From: the human T2T-CHM13v2.0 reference genome, Homo sapiens
Assembly: GCF_009914755.1 (NCBI RefSeq)
Contig: NC_060938.1
Strand: one strand, 5' to 3'
Length of the DNA stretch: 64,000 bases
Shown here piece after piece: positions 1 through 25,500 of this stretch. A model generated the notes under the pieces. The model ran no database searches, was not told the DNA's origin, and saw nothing but the letters and a program-made list of their open reading frames with translations. Position 1 is the first letter of the stretch. The number at the start of each line of letters is the position of its first letter. Made by a program: the position numbers and the translations under genes.

Positions 1-277
1 CATGTCTGCACACTTGGGACCTGGGAGGCCCCCCAACCCCTGCAGGCTCAGAAGTGCCATGCCTGCTCCTACTGCCTGACCTCTCCCCACTCCTGGTGCC
101 CACTCCGATTTCAGAGCAAAGTTATGGCCAAGCCCAGGGACTGTCATGACCCAGCCAGGTGTGCGCATGCTCAGGGACATGCTGACACGCCAGCCCCCTG
201 CTGCCTCGGACCCCTCTGGACTTTGGACACCACTGAGCATAGGAGGGAGGCCAAGGGAGGCCAAGGGAGGCCAAGGA
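1..277 (-). mobile_element. MER52-type ERV1 LTR fragment (continues beyond the window start)
   Basis: GC-rich stretch resembling the reverse complement of the remembered MER52 consensus (e.g. ctccgatttcagagcaaagtt, gctgacacgccagccccctg). Ends in about 3 copies of gggaggccaa. Confidence 0.6.
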
Positions 278-284
278 AGGGGAA

Positions 285-1385
285 CATCTAGTTTTTGAGC
301 TGTTTGAGTGTATTATATGTTTTGGGTATTTTGGTTTTGTTTTGTTTTGTTTTGTTTTTGAGACGGAGTCTCACTCTGTTGCTCAGGCTGGAGTGCAGTG
401 GAGAGATCTCGGCTCACTGCAACCCTTGCCTCCTGGCTGGGTTCAAACAATTCTTGTGCCTCAGCCTCCTGAATATTTGGGATTACAGGCGTGCACCACC
501 ACACCTGGCTAATTTCTGTATTTTTAGTAGAGACAGAGTTTTGCCATGTTGGCCAGACTGGTCTCAAACTCCTGACCTCAGGTGATCTGCCTGCCTCAGC
601 CTCCCAAAGCACTGGGATTACAGGCGTGAGCCACCACACCCGGCCCGAGTTCATTATATATTTTGGATACATATAACCCCTTATCAGGAGTAGGGCTTGC
701 AAATAGTTTCTCCTAATCCATAGGTTGTTTCTTTACAGTGTTGTTTTCTTTACTGTGCAGAAACTTTTTAGTTTCATGTAATCCAAATTGTCCATTTTTG
801 CTTTTGTTGCCTATGCTTTTGGAGTCAAATTTAAAAAAATCACTGCCCAGACCAATGCTGTGTAATTTTCCCCCTATGTTTTCTTCTAGAAGTTTTACAG
901 TTTAAGTCTTTAATCTATTGGGTTGATTTTTGTATATTGTGTGAGATAAGGGTCCAGTTTCATTGTTCTGCATGTGGACATCCAGTTTTCCCAACATCTT
1001 TTATTGAAAAGACTATGCTTTTCCCACTGTGTATTCTTGATGCTTCTATCAAAGATCAATTGACCATTCAGGTGTGGGTTCATTTCTGGGCTCTCCATTG
1101 TGTTCCACTGGTCAATGTGTCTAATTTTTTTTTTTTGCCAGTACCATTGTGTTCTAATTACTATATTTTTATAAAATAGTTTGAAATCAGGTAGTGTGAT
1201 GGCTCCAGCTTTGTTCATTTTTCTCATGATAGCTTTAGCTATATGGGACATTTTGTGGTTACATATGAATATTAGCATAGTTTTTTCTATTTCAATGGAA
1301 AATAACATTGGAATTTTGATCAAGATTGCATTGAACCTGTAGATTGCTTTGGGTAGTATGGACATTTTAACAATATTAATTCACT
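285..1385 (-). mobile_element. Old L1 (L1M-type) ORF2 C-terminal fragment, interrupted by an Alu at ~329-646
   Basis: ORF 910..1365 (-) reads [14 protein letters not shown]...WENW...KLDPYL, a typical L1 ORF2 segment. Confidence 0.9.
329..646 (-). mobile_element. AluS element
   Basis: Reverse-complement Alu dimer with a (TTTTG)n tail. Confidence 0.95.
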
Positions 1386-1809
1386 ATGTTAAAAAAACAC
1401 TATAAACAACGCCAAAAGACAAATAATTGCCTGGGAAATATTTGTTAAAGTTGCAACAAAGGGTTATATTCCTAATATTACAAAGAAGTCTTATTTATGT
1501 ATTGTTAAGAAAAAGACGACCCAGTGGGAAAATGGGCAAAATATATCAATAGGTAATAGAAGAGGAAATATAAATGATAAAGGGACATATGAAAAGATGC
1601 TCAGTCTCACTGGTTGTAAGAGAAAGTCAAATTAGAGAAACAACGTGATGCCATTTATTTCCTAACCAGCAGGCAAACACGCAAGATTGGCAGCATCCAG
1701 TGCTGACAAGGGCATAGGGAAAGGGGTGTTCTCACACATGGCCAATTAGAGTGCAAACTGCTATAACTTTTTTGGGAAAGTTACTGGCAATATTTATTAC
1801 ATTAAAACC

Positions 1810-4540
<2,731 letters not shown>

Positions 4541-5306
4541 AACACACACAGACACGTCCTCTTACTAGCACTCCACTTCTGAGAATATACTTTCCATAAA
4601 TAAAAGCATCATTGCATAAAAATATCCATACCAGGATTCCAGCACTTCCTGTGGAGGCAAAAAATATGAAACAACATGAACATCCTGTAATAGAGGAGGA
4701 TGGCTGAATACATTGTGCTATATTCAGACCAGGAAATAATAAATATTATGCAGGTATTAAGAAAGTACAATTAATAGAGGCCTATCTATTGGCTGATGAC
4801 CATGATGTTATTGCTGAGTGAAGAAGGCAAGCTACTGAGTAATTTTATAAAAAATATATGAAAATAAATGTTCATTAAAATATGTGAAAATAGGAAGTAC
4901 ATGAAAAAATATTTTAAAATCCTTCCATTTTCATATATTCACTTGTCATATATTATTGTTAAGAACACTATATTGAGCCCTCTGCTCTGCTGGACACTAC
5001 TGTAAGATCTGGGATTATATACTTAACAAAACTGACAAAAATCTCTGCTCTCGTGAGCTTATATTCAAGCACCCAGATGTTGATAAGTCTTATGGAAAGA
5101 AACAAGGTCGATAGGGGCATAGCGTGGTGGAATGGTGAAATTTAAATGAGGGAAGCCCTCACTGAGATGATAAATGAAAAAAGATCTGAAGAAGGTAAAG
5201 GTCTTAAGGATGTTTGGGAAAACGTTCCAAGCAGTAGGAGCAATCATTCCAAAGGCTTTTATGTGGGATTCTGCCTGGAGTGTTTCTAGAACAGCAAGGA
5301 GGTCAG

Positions 5307-5762
5307 TGTTTTAGTCGCCTCTTTTGTCTTGTTTCCCATTCTTTCAGCCCATCTTTTAATTGAAGATTTGCTGAAACCACTGCAGCAGCTAGCTTTGTGC
5401 GCCTGTAGCCTGACAGAGCCTCACCCCAGCTGTCCTTGGTTTTTGCTTTCTGCCCAGGCCTTGTGTGATGCTGAGGTGTGGGATGCTGCTGGGATTCGGT
5501 ACTTGCAGGAGTTAACACTCCATAGGGGAGCCTTGGACCAATGGGGGACAGGGTGCTTCAGTGTCCTCTCTTCCGTTCCTTGGGCTCCTTAAAGAGGCCT
5601 GGCAGGATGAGTCCCCGTTCCTGGTTACATTGGGTTTCCTCCTTCCTTGTTTTCTCCCCTGTCACCTACTCCTGCTCTCTGGTATCACTTCCCAAAATAA
5701 ACTCCTAACACACAGTTCCTGTCTCAGACTTTACTTTCTGGGAGGTGCACAGTCTAAGACCA
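5307..5762 (+). mobile_element. ERVL-class 5' LTR (LTR16-like)
   Basis: Ends in the characteristic cccaaaataaact...tgtctcagactttactttctggga...ctaagac terminus. Directly followed by a primer-binding site. Confidence 0.7.
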
Positions 5763-5763
5763 T

Positions 5764-9720
<3,957 letters not shown>

Positions 9721-10408
9721 GGAACAAAGCCTCACACCTGGCTCACGGGTCTCTTCTGCATTCCTCTCAAGACCCAGCACAGGCCAGTGATGTGCACCGT
9801 GGATGCTTGACCTGTTTTACTGACTAACACAGTACGTGGAAAGTACTATGAGAGAAGGAATAGTACAATTGTGACAAAAATGAAAAATGGCACTGACACA
9901 GCCAAGAATTAATGCAGCAACCCTGTGATAAAGTCAATTATTTCATTGGTTTTTATGTGTGGCCGAAAACATCTGTTGGTTTAGAAATTCTGTGTGGTTT
10001 TTTGTTTGTTTGTTTGTTTGTTTGTTTAGATAAAGGGTTTCAGTCTGTCACCCTGGCTAAAGGGCAGTGGTGTGATCATAGCTCACTGCAGCCTGGAACT
10101 CCTGGGCTCAAGCTATCCTTCTGCTTCAGCCTCCCAAAGCGCTGGAATCACAGGAGTGAGCCACTGTGCCTGGCCAGTTTAGAAATTCTTAACCTTTCAT
10201 TATTCCAGCAACGACAAAAAAATAGATGGAGTTCAAAGATTTTCAACCAGGCAATTTTACCCAAGAGTGTTTTCACTAGAGGGACTTTAAGGTTAATAAG
10301 CAATAAAGAAAGTTAATAATTAGCAAGAAAATATGCTTGTTGAAAGGAAATTTGTGGCCTAAAACACCAATTCTGCCAAGTAAAAAGGTGGATTAAAACA
10401 TTTTTCAA

Positions 10409-10697
10409 GGCCGGGCGCGGTGGCTGACGCCTGTAATCCCAGCACTGTGGGAGGCCGAGGCAGGCGGATCACGAGGTCACGAGATCGAGACCACCCTGGC
10501 TAACGCGGTGGAACCCCGTCTCTACTAAAAATACAAAAAAATTAGCCAGGCGTGGTAGCGGGCGCCTGTAGTCCCAGCCACTCGGGAGGCTGAGGTAGGA
10601 ATTGCGTGAACCCGGGAGGTGGAGCTTGCAGTGAGCTGAGATCGTGCCACTGCACTCCAGCCTGGGCGACAGAGCAAGACTCCATCTCAAAAAAAAA
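10409..10697 (+). mobile_element. AluY
   Basis: AluY-type gatcacgaggtca..agatcgagacca and gcgtgaacccgggagg..gagcttgcagtg motifs; CpG-rich. Confidence 0.9.
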
Positions 10698-10780
10698 TTT
10701 TTTTTTTTCAAAAATTTAAAGTGAAAGACACAAGCCTTGCCCCTTTAAGAATGTTTCCATTCATTCTGTATAAAAATTAC

Positions 10781-10840
10781 TCCTTCCTTCCTTCCTTCCT
10801 TCCCTCCCTCCCTCCCTTCCTCCCTCTCTTTCTCTCTCTC
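10781..10840. repeat. (TTCC)n/(TCCC)n/(TC)n pyrimidine microsatellite (expanded tail of the Alu at ~10840-11134)
   Basis: Direct reading. Confidence 0.9.
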
Positions 10841-11104
10841 TTTTTTTTTATTTTTGGCCAGGGTCTCACTCTGTCACCCAGGTGGGAGTGCAGTGACTCA
10901 ATCACACTCACTGCAGCCTTGACCTCCCAGGCTTAGGTGATCCTCCCATGTCAGCCTCCTGAATAGCTGGGACCACTGGTGCATACCACCACACCTGGGT
11001 AATTTTCACATTTTTTGTAGAGACAAAGTTTCACTTGTTGCCCAGGCTGGTCTTGAACTCCTGAGCTCAAGCGATTTGCCTGCTTTGGCCTCCCAAAGCG
11101 TTAG

Positions 11105-11467
<363 letters not shown>

Positions 11468-12509
11468 GTTTGGAGTCTTATAATAACGATATGTAATACA
11501 CACTGTCGGCTGGGCGTGGTGGCTCATGCCTATAATCTCAGCACTTTGGGAGGCCAAGGCGGGCAGATCACTTGAGGTCAGGAGTTCGAGACCAGCCGGG
11601 CCAATATGGTGAAACCCTACCTCCACTAAAAATACAAAAATTAGCTGGACATGGTGACGTGTGCCTGTAATCCCAGCTACTCAGGAGGCTGAGACAGGAG
11701 AATCGCTTGAACCTGCGGGGAGGAGGAGGTTGCAGTGAGCTGAGATTGTGCCACTACACTCCAGCCTGAGCAACACAGTGAGACTGTCTCAAAAAAAAAA
11801 AACAAACAAACAACAACAACAACAAAATGCTGTCCACCTAGAAATTTTACAGGTTAGAAATAAAAATAATTTAAGGGGCAAAAAAGCAATAGCATAAATT
11901 ATGTCTTTTATCAATGTGAATTACAAAAATCACTTTTCCTGCCTCCTCTTGCTCTGTGACATTTGTTTTCTAGAGTCTACAGTGTGTGGCAGGGTGTGTG
12001 TAGTGGCGGCAGAACACTGACAGATGGTGGTATGTGCTTAATCTCCTTGCAAACTGGGAGTCTTTAAGAAGGTAACGAGCCAGCTTGTTGGTTTCTGCTT
12101 CTGTTGTTCTGAAAGTATTTGTGTGGCAGCTTTATCACTTAGGAGTTCACTACACAGCCGGAATATAATCTTTCTAGATAAACACATCAAGAGCTCAACC
12201 AAAAATCTTCTAATAAACAAACAAAACAGCCTGTTACTATTTGCAGTTAGTATATTATCTTGTAAAAATAAAATTCAACAGGTCCCCACTTGTTGAACCA
12301 ATAGGGAGAGATAATGATAAGAGGATTGTTTGGTTTCTATCATTGTGGGCAAGGGAATGCTCTGTTTTGTCTCCTATGCTACTGACAACCAGTTTACATA
12401 AACTCCCAGCATCTATCTATACATTAGTAATGAACATCAATGGGCCAGATCTCTGTGAGTCTCTTATGAGAACATGTGCAGAGAATGAAAACTGTCCAAT
12501 CCCTAAGGC

Positions 12510-15945
<3,436 letters not shown>

Positions 15946-16141
15946 AATCCATAACAGAAAATGCTGAACTCAGCTAAAACAATTAATAGACATATGTTAT
16001 TAATTCACCTCAACAAGCCAATTAAACAATTTGAAGAGAGGGAGCCTAGAATGACCCCTATTAGCAAAAGCAGGATGAAATTCTTAAAGATGTCACAGGA
16101 TTTTCCACTGAGGTGTTTGTTTGTTTGTTTTGTTTTTTTGA

Positions 16142-16249
<108 letters not shown>

Positions 16250-17208
16250 TAGCTGTGGTTACAGGTGCCCGCCACCACACCTGGCTAATTTTTTGTATCT
16301 TTAGTAGAGACGGGGATGTTGGCCAGGCTGGTCTCAAACTCCTGACCTCGTGATCCACCTGCCTCAGCCTTCCAAAGTGCTGGGATCACAGGCATGAGCC
16401 ACTGCAGCTGGCTGAGGTTTTTACTGAGTGAGGAAACACTCCTTCAACTAATATTTGAAGAGCAGAAGCCCTTCCAACTATGAAAGTTCTAATTAGATTC
16501 TAATGCTAGGGAGCATTTACATGGTACTCTTAGCATTTAGTGGATGTGGCACTGCACAGAGCACATTCAGTTAAGCACTTAATAAATGCTTTGGATAACA
16601 GGCAACCTTGACAGTCCTACTTCTTAAAGCATGTGCCTGTCACCATGATGGTAATGTGCCCAGCAGGACTTCTGGTCTGCTCTTTGAAGACAGTGAGCCT
16701 CTTGGGGGACTGTGTGAAGAGCTTTTGCCTCCAGCGCCTCCGTTGGCCGTTGGCCACAGCACTATGTTAAAATCCCACCTTCTGCCCTTCTGTCTGTGCT
16801 TTCCTCTTCTATGTTTACTCCCTTTGACCCTCTACTTTCCTGCTCTTGCATCCTTGAGGCTGCTTGACCGCTGTTAGATGTTTGGCCCAAGAGCCCTCTG
16901 CCCTCCTCAGCAAAAAATCAGCAAAGCAATGCCAAACAGGGACATAAATCATAGCGATAAGGCACGCCAGGCTCCAGGAAGCACCAGAGCTTGCCCAAGG
17001 TCACTCCACAGCTTCAAGCATGATCAGAAACTGAAGTTCCATAGCTGGGTGTGGTGGCTCATGCCTGTAATCCCAGTACTTAGGGAGGCCGAGGGAGGCG
17101 GATCATGAGATCAGGAGTTTGAGACCAGCCCGGACAACACAGTGAAACCCTGTCTCTACTGAAAATACAAAAATTAGCTGGGTGTGGTGGCACGCCCCTG
17201 TAGTCCTA

Positions 17209-17472
<264 letters not shown>

Positions 17473-18208
17473 TCACGATGAATTAAAATCAAATGAGAGC
17501 CTACTTCTGGCACCTAGGATACACTCAACAGTGCCACTCGCCCACACCCCATGCACCTTTTTTCATTTCTCTCCCTCAAAGAGTCATTTTACACATTTTT
17601 TCTAATCACTTACCAATGAAATTTTAATATCACAAATATACTATATATCTGTATATGAACCATATGTATATCTGTGCTTTAAACAATAAAAAAGTTAGAT
17701 TTTTTTGCCACCTGCCAAGAACCAATTTTCACCCTTTAGGAGTGACCTTGTTCTCATTATGAATCTCTGCATTACGTTGTGATATTTATAATTAATTTTC
17801 AAATGGACATTTCCCCTCACACTTATTCTCATCTTTGTAGGTGGCAAACCTACAAAGGTTTGTACAAAGGTTTAGAAGGCTATTTTAGCCTTCTAAAATA
17901 GTCCATAGGGTTATGGAATGAGATATGGAAAGAACGGCTGTTCAGCTAGAATCTGCACTCAGGCCTCCACAGAAGCCACAAATCTCACAGCTAAGGCCCT
18001 GCGGGAGAACGGGCAGTATAAATTCTGACGACCAGTCATTGGGAGACTTCAGAGTATGGTGTTTGGTATAAAGTGATGGATGGTTCTGGTATGGGGAAAC
18101 CACATGGCATGAACTTGGGGACAGACAGAACTGTGTCTGCGTTCCAGCTTACTGACCGGGAGGCCTTGGCAAATCATTAACCATACTGAATCCATTTGTA
18201 AAATGGGA

Positions 18209-18279
18209 TAACAATATCTACCTTCTAAGGTTGTTATTAGTGTAACGATATCTACCTTCTAAGGTTGTTATTAGTGTAA
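18209..18279. repeat. 34-bp tandem duplication within a MIR
   Basis: taacaatatctaccttctaaggttgttattagtg x2, 1 mismatch. Confidence 0.9.
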
Positions 18280-18691
18280 TTTGTGCATCCTAAGTAACAA
18301 TGATACTTGGCAGTTTGTCCAAATTTACTAGGTCCCTTGCCCCTACCTGCCACATAGCAGTAGATGATTCCTTCTCTTTGTCTCACTTGTTTTTCTTGTT
18401 TTCTGGAGGGAGACATGTCATAGACAATGTCCCAGCTGCTGCTTTCAGCCCTTGACCAATGCTGGTCTAATATATTTTAACGCCCCCATACCACCTGCCA
18501 TAGGTAGAACGTCTGCCCAGGGATCCCACAGTGACACTGTCCTGTCCTTGACCTCCAACTCCGCTAGGAGCATCTACTTTTTCTGCCACTGCTGGCAGAA
18601 ATTCTTTCTTTCCTCTTCTTACCATTTTCATTCCACAGAGAGAAGGTTCAGCAGCATAGGGGCTTGGGGCCTTAGTAATACAATTATTATA

Positions 18692-18898
18692 TTGTATTAC
18701 TTTGTATTTGTATGGTTTGTATTTGTTTTGTATTTGTTTGTTTTGGTTTGTATTACTTTGTATTTGTATGGTTTGTATTTGTTTTGTATTTGTTTGTTTT
18801 GGTTTGTATTACTTTGTATTTGTATGGTTTGTATTTGTTTTGTATTTGTTTGTTTTGGTTTGTATTACTTTGTATTTGTATGGTTTGTATTTGTTTTG
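18692..18898. repeat. 56-bp minisatellite, ~3.7 identical copies
   Basis: Unit TTGTATTACTTTGTATTTGTATGGTTTGTATTTGTTTTGTATTTGTTTGTTTTGGT. TATTAC recurs at 18695, 18751, 18807 and 18863. Confidence 0.97.
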
Positions 18899-19624
18899 AA
18901 CCACATAGCCCTTTCCTTGCCCCTTGCCGGACACACAGATATTCCCCTAGGGGCTGCATGGAGTTCAAGTGCATCCACCTGCTTTATGCAGACCACTGCC
19001 CACTTTCCACGACAGGGCCTGTGATGCTCCAGCCCATCATGCCTGACTTCTTGATTTTTCTTTTTTTTTGAGACAGTGTCTTACTCTGTTGCCCAGGCTG
19101 GAATGCAGTGGCACAAATCACGGCTCACTGCAGCCTTGACTCCCAGAACTCAGGTGATCCTCCCACCTCAGCTTCCTGAGTAGCTGGGACTACAGGTGCA
19201 TGCCACCATGCCCAGCTAATTTTTCTATTTTTTGTAGAGATGGGGTTTCACCACGTTGCCCCTGCTGGTCTTGAACTCATGGGCTCGAGAGATCAGCACG
19301 TTGGCCTCCCAAAATACTGGGATTACAAGCGTGAGCCACCACACCCAGCTCCTGACTTCTTGATTTAACGTGATTTTCTTCCTGTTACCTTGTCTTTCTC
19401 TGTAATCTGACTTCTGTTATGACCACCCTACCTCTCATCCAATAAATCCTTAGTATGTTTAAACCTGAGTTATGGAAAGGAGTTGAATTCAGGTAGGGTC
19501 CATGTGTCATATGCAAATCAGAAGACGGTGAATACCCTGGTAGAAGAAGTTCCACCCCATAGCTTAGAGCCAGCTGTGGATCCTGTTACAGAAAGATTAA
19601 GGAGAGTGTATGTAAAGAATCTAG

Positions 19625-19837
<213 letters not shown>

Positions 19838-20380
19838 TGATCCGCCCGTCTCAGCCTCCCAAAGTGCTGGGATTACAGGCGTGAGCCACCATGCCTGGCC
19901 TAAATTGTCTTTTTTTATGCAATGATATTTATGTTTGGTATGGTTCAGGGCAGTAACTCAAGGTCACGGGTCCAGCAATTCTCTCCCTCCTCCAACATCA
20001 AGTTTTTTCTCTACTGGATTTATTTACACCATTAGCATACAAATGTACTTCTCACTCGTATAATAAAAACAACCACAAAAAAAACCTGTCTTCAGCCCAC
20101 ATCTTTACGAACACCTCTGCCCCATTTTTGTCTTCCTTTTGTAATAAAACTCTTCAAAACAGTTGCCCATATCATTATCTCCACTTTGTTCCTCTCGTCT
20201 CTCTTAATCCCTTGCTGATGAAGGTTTCCTTCCTGCCTCTCCACTCACACAGCTCTTGTCAAGGTCGCCAAAGACCCTCACATGATCAAAGCCAATGGCT
20301 AATCCTAAATCTACTAATGGAGACACAGAGCATCCCCTCACTTTTGAACAATCTTCTTCACTAAGCTTTTAAGAACACTA

Positions 20381-20953
<573 letters not shown>

Positions 20954-23739
20954 TCAACTGCCTACTTTACAAGTCTCCTTGGGTTCACAACTCAAACTTA
21001 ACCTGTCCAAAACAGAGCTCTTCATCTCCTTTCCCCCACATTTGCACCTGGGTCTCTCTATCACAGTGAACAATCTCCTCATTCTTCCAGTCAATCAGTC
21101 AAAAACCTTGAAATTGTTCTTGATTTCTCATCCAATCATTAGATTCCTATGTGCTCTTCTTTCAGAAGAAATCTAGAATATGACTTGATCCTGCCGGACC
21201 CTGGCTTCCCCCTTCCTTCTCTCCCTGGCCTGTTAGCACCCACTGGGCATCTTGGCTAAGACACTGGGTTATTACCTGTGTTCCCTCAATATAGGGTGCT
21301 TTCTACTTATGCACCTTTTCCTAGGATAGAGTGTCTGCCTGAAATGCCTTATCTCTCATTCCACGTTTCCCTAAACATTTCAAAGTTCAGCTCAAACATG
21401 CCTCCAATCACTTTATTTTCACCATTCAACAAGCACCTAAAGAGTTCTTACCAGGCAAGGGTACACATGCCCTGCTCACTGGGAACCCAGTCTATAAGGG
21501 GTGAGAGCCAAAGGGCAATTCAACTTACCTCCCTTCCAAGAGCTGAGCTTCTGAAAGACAGGGTGTACAACTTTGCATAAACATCGTTTTAGGCACAACT
21601 GGGGCTCTATGAGTATTTACTGAATCCATAAATGGAGAAAATAAAATGTTCATTTACCATACCCTCAATTCACCTACTCAACAAATATTTATTAAGTATC
21701 TTTATTTTATAAGTGACAGGGTCTCACTGTCACCCAGGCTAGATAGAATACAGTGGCCTAATCATAGCTCACCATAGCCTTGAACTGCTGGGCTTAAGCC
21801 ATCCTCTTGCCTTGGCCTCTTTCCTTAGTAGCTAGGACCACAGGCACGCACCACCATGCCCAGCCTAGTACGTATTATGTGTTAGGAATATCACACAACT
21901 CTGAAAAGTTACAGCTTTAAAGAACAGACTCTACCTATAATCTAGTCCCACCATTTCATAGAGATCAGTGGTGTCTACATCTGTGCACTTAATTTGGAGA
22001 GTGGGGTGCTGCATGCTTTGAAATCAGGCTCATGTGTACACAACCCCATCCTTTGGAGGATATCAATATTCAGATAAGAGAACACATTTGACTTCCCCAT
22101 TTATTGGCAACATCCACCTTTGTTAAGAGTTTATTTTGTTAACTTTTTTTTCCAATCCAACAATGACATTTTTTGGAGGCCTAGATGTGCCAACTAGTGT
22201 GCTTTGGGGATATAGAGCTACAGAGGCAAGGTCTCCATCCCAGAAGAACTCAATGAATTTGGGGAGCTATCACTGTTAATGTAGTATTGATAAAGTGTAG
22301 TGAGAGATTTGAAAGGAGCATTCACAAAAGTAATCTTCAGAATCAGAAAAAGAGTATCTTTCTGCAAGAAACAGATTTTCTTTCAGGTAAATGAACCCTT
22401 TGAAATGTAATGATCACCTCCTCCCCTGGGAAAGCCTGAGGAAGTGAAAATGCCCAACAGCCTCTCCCTGTGTACAGAGAGGGTAAGGGTAGGGTGACCC
22501 GGGCAGGGGGATGGTCAAAACACTGCAGGTCTCACCCCTGCCCATGGGAGCACTCCCCTGCGGGGCTTTGGAAGCATCTCCTCTCAATAGATAATATCCT
22601 GTTGGTTAAGAACATTCCAAACCTAAATAGAGAAGTTGCCCTGTTACCCACCCATTTCAATTTATCCAAAGCTTGCTACTTTCCATTTAGGTTCCTTATC
22701 TAGAAGTGACCCCACACACTTATCCATGGGCACAAGATTTGTAGAGTGATCTGGAGAAAATGGAGAAGCAAGAATAATAGTAAATCCCCTGGAAGTTTCA
22801 TTCATCTGTCTCTCATCAAGTAGCTCTTCCCTTGTCACATAGTAGTTATACAGGTCAGAACAGAGAGGCCATAACTGAAACAAAGTTGACCTCCACCATA
22901 TTCATTACATGTCACCTTTCACATTGCGATTTGGATTTCACCTTCACAGAAGTTCTGTAAAGTAGTCTCTCCATTAGCGAAAAACACACTTTCAGCTTGT
23001 AATAAATACCTTCCCCCCTCTGATATCATGTTATTTTTAGGGTTAACTAATAAACATTTGAAAAGTGATCAGGCCAGGCTCGATGGATCATGCCTGTAAT
23101 CCCACCACTTTAGGAGGCCAAGGTGGAAGGATCACTTAAGGCCAGGAGCTCGAGACCAGCCTGGCCAACATAGCGAGATCCCATCTCTAAAAAATGTTAA
23201 AAAAAATTAGAAAGTGATCATTTCACTTCTTTAAGAAAAACGCTTCTTTTTAGAAACGGGACATGATGATGCTCAGCAGTAAATACATATGAGGTGTAAT
23301 GAGAATCTGTGAGCTTCCTAGCAGTTTGAAAACAGGTAAATGTTAATTCTCTTAATAGACTGAGTATACCAATAGGAAATACCTTAGAAGTTTAAAAATC
23401 AACAATGCCAGCAAAATTGAATTGTCTTACATTCCTATACTATCAAATTGTGATGGTCCTTGAAAACCCAGGTCTACAGGTGGGAGAGAAACTATGGGGA
23501 AGAAAAATAAATATCCCACAGCATCTCTAAAAGTGAATGCCACCTTACCTGGCACTTTTGTCTCTGCTTTCTAGTTCATTATATAATTAGTGACTTGTGC
23601 ACAGATATCCCATTTGTGTCACTGAAGTCAAAAGGCTATGAAGTAAGATATAACCATGTCCCATGACATTCTTTTAACATAACATGACTCACTTTATTTC
23701 TTTCATCCCTAAAAATTCACTTTAAAGAAAAAGTGGATC

Positions 23740-24539
<800 letters not shown>

Positions 24540-24769
24540 CTAGAACAGAACAGCACATGTTAAGGAATGAAGAGTGTACCCGTGTCGGCAATGGCAACGC
24601 GATCAGGAGTAACAGCCTAGAGTTAGCTGCCTCCAGTAACCCGATTTTAATCGCCCGTTAAATACCCTGTAAGTTAAAATGTAACTTGCCATCCTAAAAC
24701 GAGCCGAGCTGTAAGATAAGCTATCTTTTTAACGTTATCGTTCATCCGATCTAAGACACCTGAGCTGGC

Positions 24770-25500
24770 TGGAGTACGGGGAGGGCTAAGGGCTTCCCCG
24801 GTTCTAATTTCGGGTCTCATTTCCCTGCGGCAAGAAGACACCTCCCGGCTCCCCGCGGAGGCGGCGGCGAGGCTTGGCCGCAGGAGACCAACCCGCGCCC
24901 CGCGCCCCACGCCGCCGGGACTGGGAAAACCCTCCCGCGCCCGGACGTGCACCTCAGCCGCGCCGCGCAGCATGGAGCGGTGCCACGTGTTGGCCAGGGA
25001 CGGCCCGCGCCTCCTTGCCCGCCCGGGACTCACGGCGCCGCGGCGGTCAGGGACGGGCCTGGCTCCCGCCTCGCCTTCTTCCGCCCAGCTCGGCTCGGCG
25101 TGGCTCGGCCCGCGATCCCTATGGGAACCGGCTCCCGCCCCGGGTCTGCCTGGGCGGGGCCGCCGCGCCCCAGCTTCCCACCCCCGGCCCGGCCCAGCCC
25201 GGCCGCCGTCCCGGCTGCAGGGAAAGGCCTCGGAGGGCCGCCCTCCGTCCATGGGAGCTGTCCTGACCGCGGGCCGAGTCCTGCTGCCGGGAGAGCAGAC
25301 CTGCTAGATTTGCAAACTTCCGCAGGCCGTGCAAAGCGCAGCTGTAACCGCGTCTGCGGAGCAAGACGCCTGCGCTAGGAGCCCCTCCTGAGCGGTCCAC
25401 ATTTCCCTGCAACAGCAGTCCCCACACCTCAGAACCGCGGTTATTCCCTTTGGTCCCTTGGAGGCATCTTCTGTGTCTGTGCTGATCAGTGCTGCGGCGT
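24770..25500. promoter_or_regulatory. CDKL1: CpG island / CDKL1 promoter
   Basis: Very high GC and CpG density. GC box gggcgggg (25152-25159), E-box cacgtg (24984-24989). Lies directly upstream of the first coding exon. Confidence 0.92.
25034..25245 (-). other. CDKL1: Predicted non-coding exon 1 of CDKL1 (5' end approximate)
   Basis: Strong donor GCC|GTGAGT (GT at 25033-25032) inside the CpG island, giving a 494-nt intron to the acceptor at 24540. Confidence 0.7.

Noticed and set aside
18692-18898. Possible CRISPR-like array
   Set aside because: Head-to-tail identical units with no spacers, in primate DNA.
18452-19071. Hydrophobic membrane-like ORFs (190, 119 and 65 aa)
   Set aside because: Artefacts of the T/G-rich 56-bp minisatellite.
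24674-25427. Overlapping 100-192 aa ORFs on both strands in the CpG island
   Set aside because: Expected from stop-poor GC-rich DNA; low-complexity R/G/P/A content and no recognisable domain. Spliced to 24539, the ATG at 25252 hits a TAA after 94 codons, so it does not extend CDKL1.
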